From contig JBDHUY010000015.1 in assembly GCA_039809385.1 (NCBI GenBank), forward strand, positions 1-39,211: 39,211 bases of DNA, read 5' to 3'. The translations under genes were made by a program, and so were the position numbers. This document shows positions 19,497-29,332 of the stretch, piece by piece (position 1 is the first letter of the stretch; each line of letters starts with the position of its first letter). The notes under the pieces were generated by a model. That model was not told the origin of the DNA. It did not search any database and worked only from the letters and a program-made list of their open reading frames with translations. Source of the stretch: Candidatus Altimarinota bacterium. Lineage in GTDB: Bacteria; Patescibacteriota; Gracilibacteria; JBDHUY01.

Positions 19497-22160
19497 TTAG
19501 GGAATCACAATCGTTCCGGCTCCGACATTCATCCCGCTGGCACCCGGTATGCCAGAGAAATTCCGCAGCAGTGTACCGTCCGCTTTAAACAAGAATATCT
19601 GATTACCTCCGCTGTTACGGGCAGCCACAATTTCGTTTTTACCGTCATTGTCCAGATCCACGGCAGCAACTTTGCTACCGTCGCCGCTACCGCTACCGGC
19701 TATGAAGTAACGAATTTGAGTACCGGTTGCTTTATAGAGTACGACCTCTTTTCCGCCGGTTTTTTTGCCAACGATCACTTCAGCAGCGCCATCTCCATCA
19801 ATATCCGCCAGCGCTACATTCATACCGGCGCCTTTGCTAAAGGTTGAGAAATAGCGAATCTGCGTACCGCTTGGTTCATACAAAACAGCCTCAGTTCCGC
19901 CACTCCCTTTTCCGACCAGAATTTCGTCGTCTTTATCCTTATCAATATCGCCGCAGGCCACTTCTACACCAGCTCCTTTACTGAAGGCCGTAAAAGAACG
20001 CACGAAGGTCCCGTCCGTTTTATAGATCAAGACCTGGTTACCGTTATTTTTTTTGCCAAGCACGACATAATCTTTAAATCCGGTCTTGTCAAAATCGCAA
20101 GCAGCTACATTCAAACCGCTGGCGGAATTGGGTGCGGGAAAGAAGTCCCGTGCACCGATCAGCAAACGCGTACCGTCAAACATAGTCTGAATTACCTCAT
20201 TGCCACCGGAATTTTTGGTGGCTACTATTTCGCTGCTGCCGTCTTTTCCGGCAGTATCTCCCAACACCAGGTTCACTCCGTCGGCAGTTCCCGATTTGAA
20301 TGCCACAAAGGAATTCATAACTTCACCATACTCATTTTGTACCATGACCTGTTCGCTTCCCTGAAATATAGCCGAAACCACGACCTTGGGGAAATTGCCG
20401 ATGCCCGGACTTCCCCGATCAGTGGCTCCCGGCAAAAATCCGCGGGTCTCATCGATCCCCGCAGTCATCCACGAAGCTGCGACAGTTCCGTCGCCGGGTT
20501 GCCATTTACGTATCATCGAAGCTTTGATCACTCCGTTGCTGCCAGCCAGAGGATTGCCACCGTTACCGGCGGTATCGATCACCACCAGACTGGGAAAACT
20601 GGACGGTGTCATGGTGGAATTAACCGTGGGAAGGGACACTTTGAAGTTGAATTGATAGATCTTGAACTGCTGATTCGAGTCATTGAGACTTAAACCGGTT
20701 TCGATGAGATCCGGACTCACGCCCAGCGAAGAAGCCCCGCCTATTTTCTCTTGGGCCGCATGACGGGCGATCAGATAATGCCCGTAGGGAGGCAATATCG
20801 TACCGGCAGGCAGTACTGACAAAACCTGTTCGGTCGTAGCCGAAATCTTTTGCGTAAGGACAAGCCGCGATATATCGCTAAAAAACGGCGTCACATTTCT
20901 CAACTCCAGCCATTCGTCGTTGGTTCCGGCCGAAGAGCCCATCCACATCAACTCGCTATACACCAGATCGCCGGGCACTACCGGCTTGGTGATCCTAAAA
21001 ACTGTAACAGCCGTATTGTTAGACTGGTTGGGATCGGGAATATTGGAAGAAATACGGGACAGATTGCGTCCTTGTCCGCTAGCCGCTCCTGCGGTGGAAG
21101 CGGTATAGGTAATGATTCCCTGCTGACCGGAGTTTAATGTCCCCAAATCACAACGGATCCGTTTTCCCGAGACCGTAGTTTCGACAAAACACGGAGCCGT
21201 GAGATTATTAATCGCCGTTAGGAGACCTTCGTCGTAGTCGTCGAAAATCGTTACATTCGTTGCCGCGGACGACCCGTTATTTTTATACGAAAGCGTGTAT
21301 TGAAGAGTACCGCCCAAAGCTACCGTATCGACATTGGTACTTTCGGTCAAACGCAGATCTGCCGAAGGGGTGCCGGAATTTATCGTGACCGCCACGGAAG
21401 AAACGTTATTGGCCAAGTTAAGGTCGACAGTTTTAAAGGAATAGACGCGCGCCGTATTGGGAGCGGTTCCGACGGAAGTGGCCACGGCGCTGTACGTCAG
21501 CGTTTTAGACTGGCCGGGTTGGAGCAGTTCGAAAAAACGGCAGGCGATATATCCGGTCGCGCCGCTTCGCCGAATATCGTAACAACCGGAAGGCAAAGTA
21601 TCGTCGTTGATTGTCATATGGACAGCATCGTACTGATCCAAAATTAAGGTTGCATAGCTAAAGTCGGGACCATTATTTCTATATGTCAGGGTATAATTTA
21701 CGGTCTCGCCCACTTGGACCGCACTCTTATCTACTTGTTTGCTCAGAGCCAGATCAGCTCTGACAAACGGAGGGAGAGGTGATGGAAAACAGCGAATGGG
21801 AGGACGAATAACGGGCGGACGGGGAAAAGTTTCGCCCGGCGAAATACTTCCGGGGTCATATTCGTCGACATACGGTTCCAACGGCGGATCGCAAATCGGA
21901 AACGTGAGCGGAACCGTCTGAAATTCCTGCAAAAGATCGGGGGACAATACATCGGAAGGGAGTTCATTGAGATACGTCAGATCCTGGTTGCCCCAAAGCG
22001 GATTGAGCGCCAGATCGGAATCAGGTACGGTACGATCCTGAGCCAACGACCTGACCGGAAAAGCAGAGAAAACAGAGAAAAACAAGAGCATCAAAACCGA
22101 TGCTACCGCTGTTTTCTGCATGCGTGCAGAAATGATAGGTACCATAGAGATGAAGGACAA
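19497..22160 (-). CDS. Secreted multidomain protein: 2x DUF11, lamin-tail-like domain, FG-GAP/VCBS-type propeller
   Basis: Signal peptide; ADLALSK...YTLTYRNNGP and ADLRLTE...YTLSYKNNG; SELMWMG...DEWLELRN; repeated VA.xDxDxDG..EI.VG units. Start may be ATG 22145 or 22121. Confidence 0.85.
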   Translation of the reverse strand: MSFISMVPIISARMQKTAVASVLMLLFFSVFSAFPVRSLAQDRTVPDSDLALNPLWGNQDLTYLNELPSDVLSPDLLQEFQTVPLTFPICDPPLEPYVDEYDPGSISPGETFPRPPVIRPPIRCFPSPLPPFVRADLALSKQVDKSAVQVGETVNYTLTYRNNGPDFSYATLILDQYDAVHMTINDDTLPSGCYDIRRSGATGYIACRFFELLQPGQSKTLTYSAVATSVGTAPNTARVYSFKTVDLNLANNVSSVAVTINSGTPSADLRLTESTNVDTVALGGTLQYTLSYKNNGSSAATNVTIFDDYDEGLLTAINNLTAPCFVETTVSGKRIRCDLGTLNSGQQGIITYTASTAGAASGQGRNLSRISSNIPDPNQSNNTAVTVFRITKPVVPGDLVYSELMWMGSSAGTNDEWLELRNVTPFFSDISRLVLTQKISATTEQVLSVLPAGTILPPYGHYLIARHAAQEKIGGASSLGVSPDLIETGLSLNDSNQQFKIYQFNFKVSLPTVNSTMTPSSFPSLVVIDTAGNGGNPLAGSNGVIKASMIRKWQPGDGTVAASWMTAGIDETRGFLPGATDRGSPGIGNFPKVVVSAIFQGSEQVMVQNEYGEVMNSFVAFKSGTADGVNLVLGDTAGKDGSSEIVATKNSGGNEVIQTMFDGTRLLIGARDFFPAPNSASGLNVAACDFDKTGFKDYVVLGKKNNGNQVLIYKTDGTFVRSFTAFSKGAGVEVACGDIDKDKDDEILVGKGSGGTEAVLYEPSGTQIRYFSTFSKGAGMNVALADIDGDGAAEVIVGKKTGGKEVVLYKATGTQIRYFIAGSGSGDGSKVAAVDLDNDGKNEIVAARNSGGNQIFLFKADGTLLRNFSGIPGASGMNVGAGTIVIP

Positions 22161-22284
22161 AGTAAATAAATATTTACCTGATTCTACTATTTAACAAGCT
22201 CCGGCATATGTCAAGAGAATTAAACATGCCTGACGGTAAAGCGGGAAAGCAAGAAAACGACAAATGATCCTTACCGTATTTTCG

Positions 22285-25110
22285 CTAGTTTGCGACAATA
22301 TTGACAATCTTACCAGGCACAAAGATCTCTTGTCGGACGGTTTTGCCTTCCAGCCATTTTTTAACATCCTTGTTCTGGTACGCCAGCGTCAGCGCTTCCT
22401 CCTTGGTAATAGCGGGAGAAACAAGCAGTCTGCCGCGTACTTTTCCGCTTATCTGGACTACTAACTCGATCTCTTCATCCTTAGCCAGTTCGGCATCGAA
22501 GGCAGGCCAGGTTTCTTGAAAAATGCTCGTCGAATGTCCGGTTTTTTCCCACAATTCTTCAGCCAGATGTGGAATGAATGGCGACAACACAGTCAGAAAT
22601 TTTTCAAAAGCAAGCAGAGAAACAGCTTCGGCTTTGAGAGCCTCGTTCAAGAAGATCATGGCACTGGAAACTGCCGTATTAAAGCCCATACTGTCAATAT
22701 CCTGAGTGATCTTGCGGATCGTCTTATGTAGAAGCCGCAAAACGGATCTGTCGTCTTGATAGCCGGAACGTACCTTTTCTTCTTGCATTTTTAGGAGTTT
22801 TGTCAAAAAACGGGAACAACCTTCCAAACCTTTCGGATCCCATGGAATCGCCTGGTCAAACGGTCCCATAAACATTTCATACAAACGCAGCGTATCTGCC
22901 CCGTACTGCTCGACGATATCGTCGGGATTGACCACGTTGCCTTTGGATTTCGACATTTTCTCGCCCCCCTCACCCAGGATCATCCCGTGGCTCGTCCGTT
23001 TCTGGTAGGGTTCGCTGGTGGGAACATAGCCGTAATCGGCCAGGAATTTATTCCAAAAACGCGAATAAAGCAAATGGAGCGTCGTATGTTCCATTCCCCC
23101 ATTATACCAATCAACCGGCATCCAGTATTTCAATTTCTCAAAACCGGCAAAAACCTGATCGTTTCTTGGATCAATATACCGTAAAAAATACCAACTCGAT
23201 CCGGCCCAGTTGGGCATCGTATCGGTTTCGCGGATCGCCTCATGTCCACAATCGGGACAAGTAGTTTTTACCCAGTCGGTTACCGAAGCCAGCGGCGATT
23301 CGCCCGAATCGGTCGGTTCATAGTGTTCTACTTTGGGTAATTCCAGAGGCAACTGTTCCAAAGACAGCGGAACATAGACCGACTGCAATTTCCATTTCCA
23401 GGCCACGAGACCATGACGATTGATACGTTCAACATAATCGGAAGAATATTCGTAAGATTTTTCAAACTCGTTCAACGTTTGAGGAATATCTTTCGAACAG
23501 ATCTGCGGTAGCAGATCTTTACGATCAAACAGTTCGGACAGATTTTGAAAATGGAAAACCGTTTCGACCTCGAAAGCCAATACTTCTTGCGTTTCCTTAT
23601 TGATCGCGTGGATGATATCACCCGCTTTGACATTGTCGAAATAACGTTCGGGTTCTTCGGGATTCAAGGCTCGAGTTTCAATGGTTTTGCGTTCCTGCTT
23701 AATGGCCTCCCAACCTCCTTGATCATAAAAACTCAAAGTTAGTTTTTCTCCTCCCTTAGTTACGGCACAATGGGTGCATTTTACCAGCGGGATCGGTTCT
23801 CCCCAGTAACGCTGGCGGCTGAACACCCAGTCACGCAGTTTATAATTGGTACTGGGGTAACCGAACCCCTTTTCTTTGATATAGTGGATAATATCATCGC
23901 GCGCATCGGCCCAGGTGCGCCCTTTAAATTCCTCCGGATAAAGCAGAACGCCTTCGGGATCGTGGTGATAACAATATTCAAGATCTTTGACTTTTTGGGC
24001 TTCCTCCGGGTCCTTGGGAAGCATCGCTACTTTTAACGGAATACCGTATTTTTTGGCAAACGCGAAATCACGCTCGTCGTGCGCGCTGCAATTGACAAAG
24101 CCCGTGCCGTAATCGGCGACAACAAACGAAGCCGCCCAGATCGGCAGATCGCCGGTGCCGAACGGATTGTCCAGAAACCGTCCGGTAAAAATACCTTCGA
24201 TCTCTTTGTCGATCTCAAACCCCTGTTCTATTTTACGTCGTTTGAATTTTTCGACAAATTCCAGTACCGCCTGTTCTTCTGGCAATCCGGCAATCAATCG
24301 CGGTAAAAAAGGATGTTCGGGTGAAATCACCGCAAATGTTTGGGCCATAAATGTCTGCGGCACCGAATCGTACGATTCGAGTACAATATCGGTTCCTTTG
24401 ACGCGCTGCTTATAATTGACCCCTTCGCTTTTACCAATCCATTCACGTTGCTGGGTTTTTATCTTTTCCAGATAATCAGTGCTCTCCAAATCATTCAGCA
24501 AGCGATCCGCATATGCGGTGATTTTCAACATCCATTGAGATTTCATACGTTTCTCCACCGGGCCGCCGCAGCGCTCGCAGCGTCCGTTAACGACTTCTTC
24601 GTTTGCCAGACCGATTTTACAATTAATACACCAGTTGATCGGAATACTGGCTTTATACGCCATCCCTTTCTTGAACAGTTCGAGAAAAATCCACTGGGTC
24701 CATTTGTAATACGCCGGATCGGTCGTTTCCACCGCTCTGTCCCAATCGAACCCGATACCGATCGACTGCAATTGCCGGGTAAAATTTGCGATATTTTCCC
24801 TTGTGGTAACCGCAGGAGGTGTCTTGGTTTTGATCGCATAATTTTCCGCCGGCAGGCCAAAAGCGTCAAAACCGATCGGAAAAAGAACGTGGTAACCGTC
24901 CATCCGTTTTTTTCGCGTAATGATATCCATGGCGGTATACGAACGGATATGGCCCACATGCAAGCCATGTCCGGAAGGATAGGGAAACTCGACCAGACCG
25001 TAGAATTTTTTATTTTCTCCGTGCCACTGGTCAGGATCGAGCGTTTTATATGTCTGCTGCTTACCCCAATATGCCTGCCATTTTTTTTCAAGCTCTCGAT
25101 GGTTATACAT
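22285..25110 (-). CDS. leuS: Leucine--tRNA ligase with an inserted ASCH-like domain
   Basis: FPYPSG..LHVGH, DWVFSRQRYWGEPIP, RETDTM, GGMEH, KMSKS; likely start ATG 25110 (MYNHRELEKKWQ). Confidence 0.97.
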   Translation of the reverse strand: MYNHRELEKKWQAYWGKQQTYKTLDPDQWHGENKKFYGLVEFPYPSGHGLHVGHIRSYTAMDIITRKKRMDGYHVLFPIGFDAFGLPAENYAIKTKTPPAVTTRENIANFTRQLQSIGIGFDWDRAVETTDPAYYKWTQWIFLELFKKGMAYKASIPINWCINCKIGLANEEVVNGRCERCGGPVEKRMKSQWMLKITAYADRLLNDLESTDYLEKIKTQQREWIGKSEGVNYKQRVKGTDIVLESYDSVPQTFMAQTFAVISPEHPFLPRLIAGLPEEQAVLEFVEKFKRRKIEQGFEIDKEIEGIFTGRFLDNPFGTGDLPIWAASFVVADYGTGFVNCSAHDERDFAFAKKYGIPLKVAMLPKDPEEAQKVKDLEYCYHHDPEGVLLYPEEFKGRTWADARDDIIHYIKEKGFGYPSTNYKLRDWVFSRQRYWGEPIPLVKCTHCAVTKGGEKLTLSFYDQGGWEAIKQERKTIETRALNPEEPERYFDNVKAGDIIHAINKETQEVLAFEVETVFHFQNLSELFDRKDLLPQICSKDIPQTLNEFEKSYEYSSDYVERINRHGLVAWKWKLQSVYVPLSLEQLPLELPKVEHYEPTDSGESPLASVTDWVKTTCPDCGHEAIRETDTMPNWAGSSWYFLRYIDPRNDQVFAGFEKLKYWMPVDWYNGGMEHTTLHLLYSRFWNKFLADYGYVPTSEPYQKRTSHGMILGEGGEKMSKSKGNVVNPDDIVEQYGADTLRLYEMFMGPFDQAIPWDPKGLEGCSRFLTKLLKMQEEKVRSGYQDDRSVLRLLHKTIRKITQDIDSMGFNTAVSSAMIFLNEALKAEAVSLLAFEKFLTVLSPFIPHLAEELWEKTGHSTSIFQETWPAFDAELAKDEEIELVVQISGKVRGRLLVSPAITKEEALTLAYQNKDVKKWLEGKTVRQEIFVPGKIVNIVAN

Positions 25111-25239
25111 AGAAGTACTTAGTACGAAGTCTTTAGTCCCTAGTCGCTTCCAAACATTATTTGCATACGAGGTAAAAAATAGTATCAGACTATTTTTCTC
25201 AAGCATGGATGCTATAGCTACGACTAAGATTTCTAAAGA
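25111..25239 (-). promoter_or_regulatory. Structured leuS 5' leader with a 7-nt array next to the start codon
   Basis: 25130-25146 pairs with 25221-25239 and encloses three small hairpins; five NNNAGTM heptamers at 25111-25145. Confidence 0.4.
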
Positions 25240-25263
25240 TCGGGATAAAAAATCAACACGTCT

Positions 25264-25291
25264 ATTGTAGGGAAACGAGAGAAAATTGCAA
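25264..25291 (-). promoter_or_regulatory. leuS promoter
   Basis: Minus strand TTGCAA-16 nt-TACAAT. Confidence 0.65.
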
Positions 25292-25323
25292 AATATTGAA
25301 TAAGCGCAAAACCCGAATCGCTC

Positions 25324-25351
25324 TTGTTTTTTTTAAGAAGGGGATTACAAT
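25324..25351 (+). promoter_or_regulatory. secG promoter
   Basis: TTGTTT-16 nt-TACAAT, divergent from the leuS promoter. Confidence 0.55.
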
Positions 25352-25409
25352 AGCAATGTTTTCTTCCCAAGAAGGACGTATCTTTACTTATACAATATAA
25401 TCAGACCGT

Positions 25410-25625
25410 ATGCGAACACTGCTGACCGTAACTCAATTTGTATTTTCGATTCTGCTGGTAACGTTTATCCTGATGCAGAGCAAAGGGGCCGGGTTGTCCG
25501 AGGTCTTCGGAGGTTCGGGTAGTTTTTACAGCAGCAAACGGGGTATCGAAAAATTCCTGCATATGGCGACGATCATTACCGCAATCCTGTTCTTTGGGAA
25601 TTCTCTGGCTTTTGTTTTCATTTAA
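25410..25625 (+). CDS. secG: Preprotein translocase subunit SecG
   Basis: Two TM helices around ILMQSKGAGLSEVFGG...KRGIEKFL..AT. Confidence 0.95.
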   Translation: MRTLLTVTQFVFSILLVTFILMQSKGAGLSEVFGGSGSFYSSKRGIEKFLHMATIITAILFFGNSLAFVFI

Positions 25626-25680
25626 CAGGCGAACTACCGTATCGGGGATTACCTTTGTTCATTCATCTTCATCATCTCGT

Positions 25681-28164
25681 ATGAAACTACAGAAAAAGGA
25701 GAAGATTTTTCTCGTGAGTTCGCTGGTGGTCCTTCTGCTCAGCTCCTTGCACCTATCGTGGCTTTTTTACAGTGAGAACAGCCAGACATTGGCGAGCGAA
25801 GGAGGTATCTATACCGAGGGAGTCTTAGGCAAAGTAAATTTTATCAATCCGATTCTAGCCCAGCCCAACAGTCTGGATGCAGACCTGGTAGCCTTAATCT
25901 ATTCCGGTCTGACCAAGTACGACCCCCGCAGCGGCAAGATCGTACCAGATATTGCGACGTTTACGGTTGATCCGACGAATAAAATCTATACGTTTGTCCT
26001 CAAAGACGCCTACTGGCACGATGGCGAAAAAGTCACTGCCGACGACGTTCTGTTCACCTACAAAGAATTATTACAGAATCCCGACTTTCCCGAACCGATT
26101 CTGGGAGAGGCCTTTAAAGATATCGTTATCGAAAAGACCGACGAACGTACTGTACGTTTTCAGCTCAAAGAACCGTATTATTTTTTCCCTACCGCTACCA
26201 CTCTGGGAATATTGCCGAAACATATCTGGAGCGACTGGAGTCCCGACCGTTTGAGCGAAAGCGATTTCAATATGAATCCGGTAGGCTCGGGGTCGTACCG
26301 TTTCTCCCGGATCAAAAACGAAGGCCGCACGCCTACGGTAGAGCTGGAACGCTTCGAACAATATTATGATCTGAAACCGAAGATCAAAAATATCGTCTTC
26401 GAGATATTTCCCAGTTCGGCAGAACTGGTCGCGAACCTTTCGCGCATCGACGCCGCCGACCATGTCCCATCAGACGCGCTGGCCGAGATCCGCAATAATA
26501 AGCGATTTAGTGTGTTTCCGTACAGCTTGCCTCAGTATGCCGGCGTATTCTTGAACAATGCGCATCCCGTTTTTGCCGACAAACGCGTCAGACTCGCGCT
26601 GCTACTCGCAACGAACAAAGACGCGATCGTCCAAACGGCTGGGGATGCCAAACGCGTCGATACGCCATTTTTAGAACTCAAAAATGCCTCCTGGCAGTAT
26701 CAGTACGATCCAGCCAAAGCCCAGGGTGCCCTGTTTGACGCCGGGTGGAAACTGCCAGGGAGCGGAACGAATCAAAACGGGAACGCATCGTCGTCTACCA
26801 ATACAAATACAAACGTCGGCACTAATGCGAATTTGTCCAACCGCAACGCCAGCAACAGCAATGCTATAAGCTACCAACCCGTCTACTATGTCGCCAGCAA
26901 CGATCCGGTTTCGCCCTATCGCATTACCGAACCGAACAATGGCAAGAGTTTTACGACAAAAGAAACCTATTTTATTCTGCGCGGCACCAATCCGAAAAAT
27001 GCCACCGGTCTTTTGATTAACAATTATGAACTTAAAAAATTTACGGCGTCCAAAGGTACTTGGTCTTATATCGCCAGTCTGGAACTGGGGACTCTGAAAA
27101 AAGGTAGCAATACCTACAGCATTTCGTATCTGAACGAAAGCGGCAAAAAAGTATTTTTGGACAGTATCACGATTACCTATGATCCTGCTGGAACGCCCCC
27201 AACTCAACCCAATCAAAATCGCTCTATTCCTCCCACGACGAGTATCGAAAATAAGAACATGAACACTGCGCCTGCCATCTTGGCAAGTACGAGTAATACA
27301 AACCAGGGTTTTGCGCTCAATAAAAATAATAATACAGCTTCCTCCGCGAACAATACGAATTTTAACGGACAAGCACTATCTTCGAACCAGAATTCCCCTA
27401 GCACAGCCGTGAATACCAATGGCAATCAACCAACCGCCAACATCAATAAAAACACGAATGTTTCCTCTTCAACTACTTTAAATGCTAATGCCAATGTGGC
27501 CAATACTCCAGCCCCGATTCCGGCGGATCTGATATCCCAAATTCGCGTCAATGCAAAGGGCGAGCCTCTGCGTCTCAAAATGGTCACCGCCAGCAGCCCG
27601 GGAATTCTTCGGCAGATCGCGGAGCAGTTGCGCGAGTCGTGGCTGGAAGCCGGAATATATACCGATATCGAAGTACTCAATGAGAAAGAGCTGCTCGAAG
27701 TCATCCGCAACAAGAATTACGATATTATCCTGTATGGTCAAAGTCTCGGCTACAATCTGGATACCTTCCCCTACTGGCATTCGAGTCAGGGCGGGGAAAA
27801 CGGATTCAATCTGTCGAATTTTAAAAGCTTTCAGGCCGATACCCTGCTTGAAGAAATCAGAAATCCGTTTATCAATAAAGGGATTGATACGAATAATCCC
27901 GAAAAGCTGGAAGCCAGCCGTCAGGAGAATTTGCAAAAGCTCGTAGCCATTTTCGAGGAAAATAACCCTGCGATCTTTTTATACCAGCCGATTTACTATT
28001 ATGCGGTAGACACCAAGAAACTTAAATCCATGGAAATCGGCAATATGGCTCTGTTTTCGGATCGTTTCGAATTTGTTAAAAAGGCGTACATCGCCGAACA
28101 GCAGATCTTGAAAGACCCCCTTTCTGTCGGAGGCGTCTTCGGATGGCTGTGGAAAAACCTATAA
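25681..28164 (+). CDS. Family 5 (OppA/DppA-like) substrate-binding protein with a large insertion
   Basis: N-terminal TM, WHDG..VTADDV.FT, ILPKH, PVGSGSY, VRLAL; ~260 aa insert at 26755-27540; likely start ATG 25681. Confidence 0.9.
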   Translation: MKLQKKEKIFLVSSLVVLLLSSLHLSWLFYSENSQTLASEGGIYTEGVLGKVNFINPILAQPNSLDADLVALIYSGLTKYDPRSGKIVPDIATFTVDPTNKIYTFVLKDAYWHDGEKVTADDVLFTYKELLQNPDFPEPILGEAFKDIVIEKTDERTVRFQLKEPYYFFPTATTLGILPKHIWSDWSPDRLSESDFNMNPVGSGSYRFSRIKNEGRTPTVELERFEQYYDLKPKIKNIVFEIFPSSAELVANLSRIDAADHVPSDALAEIRNNKRFSVFPYSLPQYAGVFLNNAHPVFADKRVRLALLLATNKDAIVQTAGDAKRVDTPFLELKNASWQYQYDPAKAQGALFDAGWKLPGSGTNQNGNASSSTNTNTNVGTNANLSNRNASNSNAISYQPVYYVASNDPVSPYRITEPNNGKSFTTKETYFILRGTNPKNATGLLINNYELKKFTASKGTWSYIASLELGTLKKGSNTYSISYLNESGKKVFLDSITITYDPAGTPPTQPNQNRSIPPTTSIENKNMNTAPAILASTSNTNQGFALNKNNNTASSANNTNFNGQALSSNQNSPSTAVNTNGNQPTANINKNTNVSSSTTLNANANVANTPAPIPADLISQIRVNAKGEPLRLKMVTASSPGILRQIAEQLRESWLEAGIYTDIEVLNEKELLEVIRNKNYDIILYGQSLGYNLDTFPYWHSSQGGENGFNLSNFKSFQADTLLEEIRNPFINKGIDTNNPEKLEASRQENLQKLVAIFEENNPAIFLYQPIYYYAVDTKKLKSMEIGNMALFSDRFEFVKKAYIAEQQILKDPLSVGGVFGWLWKNL

Positions 28165-28272
28165 TTCTGAAAGAATCTGTTGCTCTGATTGTTCCAAAAA
28201 AGACATTGTCAGCGGAACCAAAATTCGTAATACTGTTTCAGCACACATATTTTCTTTTTATTTTTCAATACC

Positions 28273-28719
28273 ATGAAAGTAATCCTCCTGACCAACGTTG
28301 CTAACCTTGGACGAAAATACGATATCGTGAACGTCAAAGAAGGCTATGCTCTAAATTTCCTGTTTCCGACAAAAAAAGCCAAACCGGCTAGCGAGGGCGG
28401 TATGAAAGAAGTCGAATCGATGAAAAAACGTCAAATAATGCATATTGAAGAATTAAAAGCGCATGAAAAAGAAGTCGGCGCTCAGATTCGCGATCTGAAG
28501 AAGATCATATTTAAGCGTAAGGTTTCTCAAAAGAATCATCTCTTTGCAGCGATTACCGAAAAAGACATCGCCGAAGTCCTCAAAGGACAGCTGCGTATCG
28601 AAATCCCCGCTGCAGCAGTCGAAATGTCTGGACATATCAAAGAGACCGGGAACCATATGGTTACGATTCATGTCGGATCTGTCAAAGAATCTCTGGAAGT
28701 TATTGTCGAGGCCGAATGA
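28273..28719 (+). CDS. rplI: 50S ribosomal protein L9
   Basis: MKVILL..V.NLG...DIVNVKEGYALNFLFP, LFAAIT.KDI, IKETG.H.V. Confidence 0.97.
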   Translation: MKVILLTNVANLGRKYDIVNVKEGYALNFLFPTKKAKPASEGGMKEVESMKKRQIMHIEELKAHEKEVGAQIRDLKKIIFKRKVSQKNHLFAAITEKDIAEVLKGQLRIEIPAAAVEMSGHIKETGNHMVTIHVGSVKESLEVIVEAE

Positions 28720-29129
28720 AAATTCTGAGCATCGATTACGGAAAATCGAAAAGCGGCCTCGCCTTTTGCGATACGACATTGGGGGTCGTTTTTCCGCGCG
28801 GGACGGTTCGCGCTGCATCGTTATCGGAAATTCTTGAAACCTTGCAAACAACGATAACAGAAAGCAAGATCGAGTTAATCGTGGTAGGAATTCCCTACTA
28901 TCCCTCCAGGTCGACCACCTCTGGACAAGAAGAAGAGACCATAAAATTTATCGAACTGCTCAAAGATGCCGTCTCAGTACCGGTCGATAGCTACGACGAA
29001 CGGCTGACTACCAAAATCGCACAGCAAAACAGGCAGGTATTTACAAAGAGAAAAGCAAAGATTACCGATGACGAACTGGCAGCGGTCGTATTGCTGGAAA
29101 ATTATCTGGATGCTAAAAAGCTGCGTTGA
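28716..29129 (+). CDS. ruvX: YqgF/RuvX family nuclease
   Basis: ILSIDYG, IVVGIP, DERLTT, DELAAVVLLE; ATGA overlap with rplI. Confidence 0.93.
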   Translation: MKILSIDYGKSKSGLAFCDTTLGVVFPRGTVRAASLSEILETLQTTITESKIELIVVGIPYYPSRSTTSGQEEETIKFIELLKDAVSVPVDSYDERLTTKIAQQNRQVFTKRKAKITDDELAAVVLLENYLDAKKLR

Positions 29130-29149
29130 TTGCATACGTTTTCCTGATC

Positions 29150-29239
29150 TGGCGGAAGCGAGAGGATTCGAACCTCCGATACCCGTGAGGGTATACCGCT
29201 TTTCGAGAGCGGCGCCATCAACCACTCGGCCACGCTTCC
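29150..29239 (-). tRNA. tRNA-Ser(CGA)
   Basis: GGAAGCG acceptor stem, anticodon arm CCGCT-CT CGA AA-AGCGG, long variable arm, GGTTCGAATCC, discriminator G, encoded CCA; 90 nt. Confidence 0.97.
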
Positions 29240-29332
29240 ACGCACAGACTGTTATACCCTAAATGAGTCAAAAGCTCAAAGGATTTGCGTTTTTTTCCCC
29301 GGAAACGGTATACTGATAGGAAACTCACTATC

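Noticed and set aside
23383-23750. Intein or intron in leuS
   Set aside because: No C-terminal His-Asn splice motif or homing endonuclease; the insert is in frame and ASCH-like.
25111-25206. 32 aa N-terminal extension of LeuRS
   Set aside because: LeuRS similarity starts at MYNHRELEKKWQ; the extension covers the repeat array and leader.
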